Assembly (NCBI GenBank): GCA_963822445.1
Contig: CAWGHO010000003.1
Location: 704,001-768,000, forward strand
Source of the DNA: an uncultured Acidobacteriota bacterium
Lineage (GTDB): Bacteria > Acidobacteriota > Thermoanaerobaculia > Gp7-AA8
Reading direction: 5' to 3'
Length of the DNA stretch: 64,000 nucleotides
In this document: positions 19,232 to 27,282 of the stretch, piece after piece
How the letters are laid out: the number at the start of each line of letters is the position of its first letter
Numbering within the stretch: the stretch's first letter is position 1
Position numbers and translations under genes: made by a program
The notes under the pieces: generated by a model
What the model saw: only the letters and a program-made list of their open reading frames with translations
Databases searched by the model: none
Told to the model about the DNA's origin: nothing

Positions 19232-20074
19232 TCAGGGGGCCAGCGACGCCGAAGGGACCGGCGCGCGGCCGTCGACGCGGTCCTGCCAGTCGTCGCGCTG
19301 GCGGCGGAAAGGCGTCATCAGGATCCGGCCGAGGGTCACTTCGCGGTCCGATTCGTAGGCCGGGACGCCGATCGTGACTTCCTGCTGCGGCACGGCCAGG
19401 CAGATCGTGCGATGCAGGTAGTCCCACGCCGAGAGCAGGCTCGAGTAATTCGTGAACGACTCTCCCCGGCGATCCGAGTGATGGATTCCGTGCATCCGCG
19501 GCGTGACCAACAGCCGGACCAACGCGGATTCCATCCGCGCGGGCAGACGGACATTCGAATGATGGAAAAGGATCGACGCAAAGAGGATCAGTTGCCACAG
19601 CCAGACCGCTTCCAGCGACGCGCCGAAGGCCACGATCTGCGCGGCGCGGTAGAAGAACGAGATCACATGCTCGCCGAAGTGGAAGCGCAGGGCCGTCGAG
19701 GCGTCGAGGTCGCGGTCGATGTGATGCACGAGATGAAAGCGCCACAGAAACGGCACGCGATGGCTGGCCCAGTGCCACCACCACAGCGTGTAGTCGAGGA
19801 GCACGATCGCGATCGCGATCTCCATCCAGCTGCGCATCTCGAACAGGTTGAGCAACCCGAAGCGATGGACCTCGGTCCAGCGCGCGATCGGAATCACCAG
19901 CACCGCCTGCATGCCGATGCCGGCGAGGAGCGAAAGCACACTCAACGTGAGATTCCGCGCGGTGCGGCGCAGCTTCGGCTCGACGGTGCGGCGAAGCGGT
20001 TTGCGCAGCTCGAAAAACAGCAGCGCGCTCCAGGTGACGGCGATTACGCCGATGGTGATGAGTTGCGCGCGCAT
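19232..20074 (-). CDS. sterol desaturase/fatty acid hydroxylase family protein
   Basis: His boxes HWASH, HLVHH, FHH, HGIHH; NY motif. Confidence 0.9.
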   Translation of the reverse strand: MRAQLITIGVIAVTWSALLFFELRKPLRRTVEPKLRRTARNLTLSVLSLLAGIGMQAVLVIPIARWTEVHRFGLLNLFEMRSWMEIAIAIVLLDYTLWWWHWASHRVPFLWRFHLVHHIDRDLDASTALRFHFGEHVISFFYRAAQIVAFGASLEAVWLWQLILFASILFHHSNVRLPARMESALVRLLVTPRMHGIHHSDRRGESFTNYSSLLSAWDYLHRTICLAVPQQEVTIGVPAYESDREVTLGRILMTPFRRQRDDWQDRVDGRAPVPSASLAP

Positions 20075-21174
20075 CGCTCGACTTCCTCGAACACGCGCAT
20101 GAAGTTACCACCCAACACCTTCTCCAGATCGACTTCGCTCATGCCCCGCTCCAGCAGGCGCGCGGAAAGCGCCGGGAGATTGGCCGCCGTCGTCAGGCCC
20201 GCCGGCAAAGCAGGAACGCCGTCGAAGTCACTGCCGATGCCCACGTGATCGATCCCCGCGACCTCCGCGGCATGAAAGATGTGGTCCGCGACCTGGTCGA
20301 GCGTCGCCGTCGGGCATCCGAGGGTCTGGAACCATTCGAGGTAGGTATCCCAGTCCATCCGATCATCCGGCATCTCCTCGGTGCCCCCGGTCGGATCGCC
20401 GTTGTTCTTTTTTCGGCCTTTCTGGGCGTGCATGATCACCTGCGCGACCTCGTCGCTGATGAACGCGGAGAAGAAGTTGATCATGCACACGCCGCCGTTG
20501 CGGGCGAGCTCGCGGAGCATGTCGTCGGTCATGTTGCGCGGATGGCGGCAGAGCGCGCGGCAGGACGAATGCGTGGCCACGATCGGCACCCGCGTGGTCT
20601 CGATCGTGTGAAAGAAGGCCTTGTCCGAGACGTGGGAGATGTCGACGATCATTCCCAGATCGTTCATGGTGCGGACGACGTCGCGGCCGAAGTCGGTGAG
20701 GCCGCCGTGGCGCTCCGCGTCGCCCGACGAGTCGCACCAGTTGTTCGTGTTGACGTGAGTGAGGGTGAGGTAGCGCGCGCCGCGGTCGTACAGCTCTCGA
20801 AGGATGTCCAGCGAGTCCTCGATGGCGTGACCGCCTTCGACTCCGATCATGATCGCGATCTTGTCCGCGGCTTTCGCCGCGCGAATGCCGGCGCTGTCCG
20901 TGACCAGCGAGAGCTCGAGCGGCTTGCGCTTCGTCTCGTACTCGATGAGATCGATCAGCTTGCGGGCGAAGTCGGCCGCGCCACGATTGGCGTAGAACGG
21001 CGGGACGTACGACGCGAAGAACGTCGCCGTGATCCCGCTCTCCTGCAGCGACCTGAGATCCGCCTGCGCCTCGGTGTCATGTTCGTCGAGGTGGACGTTG
21101 TGCCGCAGCAGGCGGTAAGGCGTGTCGCAGTGGCCGTCGACGATGATGGCGCGCTTATGAACGTCGTTACTCAC
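20044..21174 (-). CDS. membrane dipeptidase (M19)
   Basis: DGHCD, VEGG, DISH, HSS, HPRN, GSDFDG, GGNF. Confidence 0.92.
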   Translation of the reverse strand: MSNDVHKRAIIVDGHCDTPYRLLRHNVHLDEHDTEAQADLRSLQESGITATFFASYVPPFYANRGAADFARKLIDLIEYETKRKPLELSLVTDSAGIRAAKAADKIAIMIGVEGGHAIEDSLDILRELYDRGARYLTLTHVNTNNWCDSSGDAERHGGLTDFGRDVVRTMNDLGMIVDISHVSDKAFFHTIETTRVPIVATHSSCRALCRHPRNMTDDMLRELARNGGVCMINFFSAFISDEVAQVIMHAQKGRKKNNGDPTGGTEEMPDDRMDWDTYLEWFQTLGCPTATLDQVADHIFHAAEVAGIDHVGIGSDFDGVPALPAGLTTAANLPALSARLLERGMSEVDLEKVLGGNFMRVFEEVERCARNSSPSA

Positions 21175-21835
21175 CGGCAAAGTACTCATCGATCCGATCG
21201 AGCTCCTTCACCATCGAGGGGATGTCGTCGAAGAGGAACTCCGCTTTGGCGAGGAGCTCGCGGTCGAAGCCGCCGCACAGCAGCGCGGCGATGGCCAGAC
21301 CGGCGCGATGCGACGCGAGGACGTCGTACGGCGTGTCGCCGGCGACGAGGGTGTTCTCCTGCTTCGTCCCCACACGCTCCAGCGCGGCCTGAAAGATCTC
21401 CGGCGACGGTTTCGAAAACTGCGCATCTCCCTTCGATGTCGAGCCCTCGAGCATGTCTTCCGCGCCGAGGAGCGAGACATAGTACTCGACCTCGTTCTCG
21501 TTCGATGACGAGGCGAAGGCGAGCTTCAACCCGCGGTCGTGGAGCTCTTTCAGCGCGTCGATGATGCCGGGAAAGGGCTGGACGGATTTCATGTATTTCT
21601 CCGTCCAGAGCTCGCCGCGATACTTCTGCAGCTTCTCGCCGATCTTCCGCATCTCCCGCGCGTTCAGGAGGTCGGGAACGAGCAGGTCGCCGCCCTTGCC
21701 GATGTGCTCACGGACCACATCCCATTCGACGTTCTTGCCGAAATGCGCGAAGGCCTCGACCCAGCAGTCTGTGTGTTTGTCATTCGAGTCGACGAGCGTG
21801 CCGTCGATGTCCAACAGGATTGCTTTCAGGTGCAC
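21167..21835 (-). CDS. HAD family hydrolase
   Basis: DIDGTLVDS, KPSP, GDTPYD. Confidence 0.92.
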   Translation of the reverse strand: MHLKAILLDIDGTLVDSNDKHTDCWVEAFAHFGKNVEWDVVREHIGKGGDLLVPDLLNAREMRKIGEKLQKYRGELWTEKYMKSVQPFPGIIDALKELHDRGLKLAFASSSNENEVEYYVSLLGAEDMLEGSTSKGDAQFSKPSPEIFQAALERVGTKQENTLVAGDTPYDVLASHRAGLAIAALLCGGFDRELLAKAEFLFDDIPSMVKELDRIDEYFAGE

Positions 21836-21913
21836 GGGGGGCGGGGTAGCAAGCGGCGGGCCTTCGCCGCAGAATAACGACACATCCACCCCCCGTTAAT
21901 CGTCCCAAGTCCG

Positions 21914-22633
21914 ATGTTCGTAACCCTGACCGTCCTCGCCCTGGCTGTGCTCATGCTCGCCGTCGAGCGGTGGAAGCCTGGCCGAACGTTTCCGGCCGTG
22001 CGCGGGTGGTGGTGTCGGGCCATTGCGTTGAACGTGGTGCAGGTCGGGATCGTGTTCGTGGCCGGGACGACCTGGGACGGGTGGCTGATTCGCAATCGGC
22101 CCTGGTCCGCGGATCCGCTGGGGCTGGTCGGCGGCGCGATCGTCGGTTACGTGGTGATCACCTTCATTTACTACTGGTGGCATCGCGCGCGGCACGCCAG
22201 CGACTTCCTGTGGCGCTGGTTCCATCAGTTTCATCACAGCCCGCAGCGCATCGAGATCATCACCAGCTTCTACAAGCATCCCTTCGAGCTGGTGGTCAAC
22301 GGAATTCTGTCCAGCGCGATCGTCTACTGGCTGGTTGGACTCGATCTGAAGGCGGCGACGCTCGCGGTCACGCTCACCGGGATCGCGGAGCTCTTCTATC
22401 ACTGGAACGTGAAGACGCCGTACTGGATCGGCTTCGTCATTCAACGTCCGGAGAGCCATCTCGTGCATCACGAGCAGGACCTGCACGCCTTCAACTTCGG
22501 TGACCTGCCGCTGTGGGACATGCTCTTCGGCACGTTCCGGAATACGAAGGCGTGGGATGCGAAATGCGGATTCGCCGAAGAGCGCGAGTTGCGCGTCGGC
22601 GATCTTCTTCTGGGACGCGACGTCAACACATGA
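21914..22633 (+). CDS. sterol desaturase/fatty acid hydroxylase family protein
   Basis: HRARH, HQFHH, YH, HLVHH, WDMLFGT. Confidence 0.9.
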   Translation: MFVTLTVLALAVLMLAVERWKPGRTFPAVRGWWCRAIALNVVQVGIVFVAGTTWDGWLIRNRPWSADPLGLVGGAIVGYVVITFIYYWWHRARHASDFLWRWFHQFHHSPQRIEIITSFYKHPFELVVNGILSSAIVYWLVGLDLKAATLAVTLTGIAELFYHWNVKTPYWIGFVIQRPESHLVHHEQDLHAFNFGDLPLWDMLFGTFRNTKAWDAKCGFAEERELRVGDLLLGRDVNT

Positions 22634-23076
22634 AGGCCGCGGGCTTCCTCCTCGTCCTCGGACTGGCCCAGATGCTGGGCGATGTCACGCATCTCCTCCC
22701 CTTGAAAGCCGTCGCGGCCGCGACCGGCGCATCGCCCGCACCGAAAGTGTTTTCCGCGGTGCAGGGCCTCGAAACCTACTCGACCCGTTTCTTTCTCGAC
22801 CTCGGCCACGAGCGCGTCGAGCTCACACCCGAGATGTACGCGCGAATCCGAGGGCCGTACAACCGGCGCAACGTTTACGGTGCGGCGCTGGCGTACGGGC
22901 CGGTGCTGCCGGAGTCGTTGCTTCATCCGGTGATGAAGCATGCGCTGTGTGGTGATGCGCCGCTGCTTCGCGAGCTGCGATTGCGCGCGACGCGGACGCC
23001 GGCCGTCGAGCTCGAGCCGTTGCCTGGCACGTCCCTCGGCACACTGCGCACGCGCTTCGAGGCTCCCTGCGAATGA
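22630..23076 (+). CDS. hypothetical protein
   Basis: ATGA overlaps on both sides; SPAPKVF and GPYNRRNVYGA segments. Confidence 0.75.
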   Translation: MKAAGFLLVLGLAQMLGDVTHLLPLKAVAAATGASPAPKVFSAVQGLETYSTRFFLDLGHERVELTPEMYARIRGPYNRRNVYGAALAYGPVLPESLLHPVMKHALCGDAPLLRELRLRATRTPAVELEPLPGTSLGTLRTRFEAPCE

Positions 23077-24257
23077 AGAACGGCTGGACGGGCGGACAGT
23101 ACTCGCTCTATCGCATCGTCTTTGGCGTCTACCTCTTCATTCATTTCTTCGCGCTTGTTCCCTGGGCCGATGAAGTGTTCCACCAGATCCTGCCGCGCGA
23201 CGCCAGTCCGCTGCTGCATCTCTTCCCGAACATCCTCGCCTTCGCCGACGTGGCTTTGCCGATGCTGGTGATTGCCCAGGCCGCGGCGATCTTCTTCGCC
23301 GCCGGCTATCACGACCGCATCGCCGCTGTGGTGATGTGGTACGTCCTCGCGTGTCTCTTCGGACGCAATCCGCTGATCGCCAATCCGTCGCTGCCGTTCG
23401 TCGGATGGCTGTTGCTCGCGCACGCGTTTCTGCCGCGAGCGCCGTTCTGGTCGTGGGACGCGCGCGGCCGCGTCGATCCGCGCGGAAACTGGTCGATGCC
23501 GCCGCAGATCTTTGCCGTCGCCTGGATCGTGATGTCCCTCGGCTACTCCTACAGCGGCTACACGAAATTGATCAGTCCCTCGTGGACCGACGGGACGGCC
23601 TTCGCGCGCGTCCTCGCCAATCCGCTGGCGCGGCCGTCGTTCATTCGCGATTTCATGCTCGGCTTACCTCCGATCGCGCTCAGCGTTGCGACGTGGGGCG
23701 CGCTCGCACTGGAGTTGTTGTACGGGCCGCTGGCGCTCTTCCGCCGGGTCCGTCCCTGGCTGTGGCTGGCCATGCTGCTCATGCACCTCGGGCTGATGGT
23801 GCTGATCGACTTCGCCGACTTGAGCTTCGGCATGTTCATCCTGCATTTCTTCACCTTCGATCCCGCCTGGATTCCGCGGCGCGCGCCGGCGACCACCGAT
23901 CGCGTGCTGTACGACGGCTCGTGCGGCCTCTGCCACCGCTCGGTGCGATTTCTCATCGCCGAGGATGGGCCGGGGACGTTGTTCACGTACGAGCCGCAGG
24001 AAGGCGGCGGATCGACGGTCGTCGTCGAGACCGCGTCCGGCGAGCGTTTCACCCGATCGACCGCCGTCATTCACCTGCTGCATCGCCTCGGCGGGCTGTG
24101 GCGGGTGATCGCGATCGTCTTCGCGCTCGTGCCGCGCAGGTTGCGTGACGCGGCCTACGACTTAGTCGCGCGCGTGCGCTACCGGATTTTCGGCAAGACC
24201 AAGGATGCGTGTCCGCTCATGCCGCCGGAGCTGCGGTCGCGTTTCACGCATTCGTAA
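23073..24257 (+). CDS. HTTM-domain membrane protein fused to a DCC1-like thiol-disulfide oxidoreductase
   Basis: Multi-TM region with KL..PSW.DG and MHLG; C-terminal YDGSCGLC and RYRIFGK...C. Confidence 0.8.
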   Translation: MKNGWTGGQYSLYRIVFGVYLFIHFFALVPWADEVFHQILPRDASPLLHLFPNILAFADVALPMLVIAQAAAIFFAAGYHDRIAAVVMWYVLACLFGRNPLIANPSLPFVGWLLLAHAFLPRAPFWSWDARGRVDPRGNWSMPPQIFAVAWIVMSLGYSYSGYTKLISPSWTDGTAFARVLANPLARPSFIRDFMLGLPPIALSVATWGALALELLYGPLALFRRVRPWLWLAMLLMHLGLMVLIDFADLSFGMFILHFFTFDPAWIPRRAPATTDRVLYDGSCGLCHRSVRFLIAEDGPGTLFTYEPQEGGGSTVVVETASGERFTRSTAVIHLLHRLGGLWRVIAIVFALVPRRLRDAAYDLVARVRYRIFGKTKDACPLMPPELRSRFTHS

Positions 24258-25000
24258 ACCGCATGCCCTTTCGGGAGCCGGCGCGATCCGTACGAGCGCC
24301 GCACCTTCACGCGGAATCCGTTCTCGCGCAACAGCGCGAGCATCGCCTCGCGGTCGTGCAGCCAGAGCTGATGCACTTCCTCGGAACGCCGCACTTCGCC
24401 GTCGATCTCGCGGAAGGTGAGGATGCGGCGGGCGTTGCCTTCCTGGATGGCGATGACCGTCCAGTCGTCACCGCCGATGCGGCTCTCGTGATCGACAGCG
24501 GACTCGGCGACGTCGAAGAGCAGCAGGCGCGCGCTCATGTTGCTGATGAAGGTGCGGACCTCGTCGAACGGGGCGTAGTTCAGGACCTCGCCGATGGAAA
24601 CGACCGCGTCGCTCGCCGGCAGATCCGCCTCGGCGAATCGTGCGACTTCGAACCGCGCGTCCGGCGCGTTTGCGCGGGCCAGCTCGATCATCGCCGGAGA
24701 GGCATCGAAACCGATGACGTCGAAGCCGGCGCGAGTCAGCTCACGCGACAACACGCCGCTGCCGCAACCGATGTCGAGGACGAGCCCTTCGCGGATGTCG
24801 TGGCGCCAGAGGGTTTCGATGACGCCGATGCTCGCGGCTTCGGCGAATTCGGAGAAGCCGGCGTGGTGGATGAACGCGAGGTCTGCACCGTAATGTACGG
24901 CGGGCGTCCCGCCCGCGTCGCGCCGGGCACCCTGCCCGGCGCTCTGACGATCGGGCGACACGCCCGATCGATGCGGCCGGGACGGCCGCTCCCCGGTCAT
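24179..25000 (-). CDS. class I SAM-dependent methyltransferase with REP-derived N-terminal insert
   Basis: LDIGCGSG, GFDAS, GEVLNY. RBS GAAGGAG before the ATG at 25000. Confidence 0.85.
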   Translation of the reverse strand: MTGERPSRPHRSGVSPDRQSAGQGARRDAGGTPAVHYGADLAFIHHAGFSEFAEAASIGVIETLWRHDIREGLVLDIGCGSGVLSRELTRAGFDVIGFDASPAMIELARANAPDARFEVARFAEADLPASDAVVSIGEVLNYAPFDEVRTFISNMSARLLLFDVAESAVDHESRIGGDDWTVIAIQEGNARRILTFREIDGEVRRSEEVHQLWLHDREAMLALLRENGFRVKVRRSYGSRRLPKGHAVYECVKRDRSSGGMSGHASLVLPKIR

Positions 25001-25241
25001 CGCTGCGCTCCTTCAGGATCGCGGAACCTTGCGGCCTTGCAGCGTACTGCGGGCGTCCCGCCCGATCGGAGCGGCCGGGACGGCCGCCGTACGGTCATCG
25101 CTGCGCTCCTTCAGGATCGCGGAACCTTGCGGCCTTGCAGCGTAGAGCGGGCGACTCGCCCGCGGCGATCGGGCGTCGCGCCCGATCGGATGAGCGCCGG
25201 GCAGGATGCCCGGCGCGATGCGGCCGGGACGGCCGCTCCCC
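24895..25241. repeat. BIME-like array: three family-A REPs separated by two identical 53-bp direct repeats
   Basis: 24994-25046 is identical to 25092-25144; flanking units end in GCGGCCGGGACGGCCGC. Confidence 0.85.
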
Positions 25242-25243
25242 TT

Positions 25244-25747
25244 TCACCGCTCGGCTGCCTTGCGGATCGCCCGCAACATCAATCTGCGAATCAACCCACT
25301 GAACGGCCGCACCACCAGCCAGTACGCGCGAAACCTCCAGTTCGCGCAGAGCACGCGCGTCTCGGTCGAGACAAGACTCCCATCCTCACGCGGCTCGATG
25401 GCGAAGTTCCACGCGGCGCGTGCGGAATCCGGAGGCACTGGCCGACGAAACGACTCGACATCGACAGGCGTCAGCTTGCAGGCCGGTTTCCAGAACGGGC
25501 CTTCGATGCCGAGGACGATCTCTCGTGGTGGATCTTCGGCGAGCAGGCAGAAACCCTGCCGAAGAAAGAGATCGAGTGAAAAGGCGGTGGACGACATGCC
25601 GCGCAGTCTCAGGAGCATCCGCACGATCGGATGCGTGGTCAGCTCGCCGTGACGGATCACCTCGTAAATGCGGTCCGGCGTGGCCCGCACGAATGTCGAG
25701 TGATACTCGTGATAGTCGGAGTGGGGGAGCAGCCGGTCGATCAGCAC
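25244..25747 (-). CDS. DUF2867-like hypothetical protein
   Basis: EIVLG..G.FW, AWNF, TETRV, FRAYW..VRPFSGLIRR. Confidence 0.7.
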   Translation of the reverse strand: MLIDRLLPHSDYHEYHSTFVRATPDRIYEVIRHGELTTHPIVRMLLRLRGMSSTAFSLDLFLRQGFCLLAEDPPREIVLGIEGPFWKPACKLTPVDVESFRRPVPPDSARAAWNFAIEPREDGSLVSTETRVLCANWRFRAYWLVVRPFSGLIRRLMLRAIRKAAER

Positions 25748-25751
25748 GACA

Positions 25752-27171
25752 TTACAAGTCGTCGTGCGCGCGGAGGAACGTGTTCGGCTTGGTAAAGGTC
25801 TTGGCCATGCCCAGGCCGCGATTCAACTCGCCGAGCGAAACCCGTCCCGTGGCCACGGCCGCGCCGAGCTGCACGAACGTGCGGAACTTCCCGCGCGTCT
25901 TGTAGCGGACGTCGAGCGAGTGCTGCCAGAGCGCCGAATACTCCGTGTAGAACTCGTCGAGCGGCAGGCGCGTCGGCAGCACGGTGTGGACGATGTCGTA
26001 CATCTCCCACTTGTGCGTGGTCACGTTCTGCTTCGCGGCGTCCCAGAGGTCGGTGCCGGGCAGCGGGGTGAGGATCGAGAAGCCGGTGTTGTACGCGCCC
26101 ATGTGCTCGATCCAGTCGCGCAGCCGCTTGAAATCGTCGCGGTCCCAGGCCGGATCGACGATGAAGTTCGGGGTGAATCCGACGCCGAGCTCCTTGAGGA
26201 TCTCGATCGCCTTCACGTTGTTGTCGGCGGAGTTCTTCTTGTTCACCGCGCGCAGACCTTCGTCGGTCACGGATTCCAGGCCGAGGAAGATCGCCAGGTT
26301 GCCGCAGTCCTTCCACATCTCGATGAGATGGGGGAACTTGCAGATGATGTCCGTGCGGGTCTGCACGGTGAAGTATTTGTGGATTCCCGCGGCCTTGATC
26401 TGTTTGGCCATCTCCTCGCCGCGTTTCACGTTCATCCAGAAGATGTCGTCGGTGATGAAGATGTTCGGCGCGGTGATGTCGCGCAGTTCCTCGACCACGC
26501 GCGCCGGCGATTTCTCGCGGAAGGTCGATTCGTGAAACTTCCAGACCGAGCAGAAGTTGCACTTGAACGGGCAGCCTCGCGCGGTTTCCATCAGCGCCAG
26601 CGGCTTGCGGAAGTTGATGTAGTAGTGATCGGCGTACTGAGTGATCAGATGCCGCGCCGGCATCGGATAGTCGTCGAGCCGCGGCCGCGTCGGCGCGTGC
26701 CCGGTGTTCATCCAGCCGCTGCCGTCGCGTACTTCAGAGTCCGGGGATCTTCTTGATGTCCCCCGAATCGGCGAGGGCGTTCACCAGCGGTGGCATGACC
26801 TCTTCGCCGTCGCCGATGGCGATGACGTCGATGGCCGGATCGCGGAACCAGTCCGGATCGCGGGAGGCGTCGTGGCCGCCGATGACCACGAAGGCTTTCG
26901 GCATCTCCCGCTTGATCCGCTGGGCCAGCCGGATGGTGCGGTTGCGCTCGGTGGTGAAGTTGCACTGCAGGCCGACCACGTCCGGATCGAACGCGCGGCA
27001 GGCGGCCATGCCCGCTTCCTCCCCGTCGATGCGGAGGTCGATGACTTTGCAGACGTGGCCGTCCTGCTCGAGGCAGGCTGCCACGCAGATCGGTCCGAGA
27101 GGCTCGACGAAGGTGAGCATCTCCAGTCCGAGGATTCCGCCCACGGGAGGTTTCAGGAACGCGACTTTCAT
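25752..27171 (-). CDS. B12-binding radical SAM methyltransferase, HpnR-like; frameshift at ~26730
   Basis: N-terminal EPLG, GGH and GDGE cobalamin domain; RGCPFKCNFC; FLGLES; TPLPGT; HTVLPTRLPL. Confidence 0.85.
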
Positions 27172-27198
27172 GTGTGTGGGCGAAACCTTAACAGATTC

Positions 27199-27280
27199 GG
27201 TTACGGGGTTGCGGGGTTCCGAGGTCACGGGGGTGAGAAAGGGCTCCGAGGCGCACCTCGAAACCCCGTAACCCCGTAAC
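27199..27280. repeat. octamer tandem-repeat hairpin (GGGGTTAC-like)
   Basis: GGTTACGGGGTTGCGGGGTT ... AACCCCGTAACCCCGTAAC. Confidence 0.7.
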
Positions 27281-27282
27281 TG

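Noticed and set aside
18813-20111. 432-aa ORF, and similar N-terminally extended ORFs at 15893-17488, 30058-32808 and 60931-63606
   Set aside because: The extensions overlap neighbouring real genes; true starts lie downstream.
24994-25144. 53-bp direct repeats as a CRISPR array
   Set aside because: Only two copies, the intervening sequences are themselves REP palindromes, and there are no cas genes.
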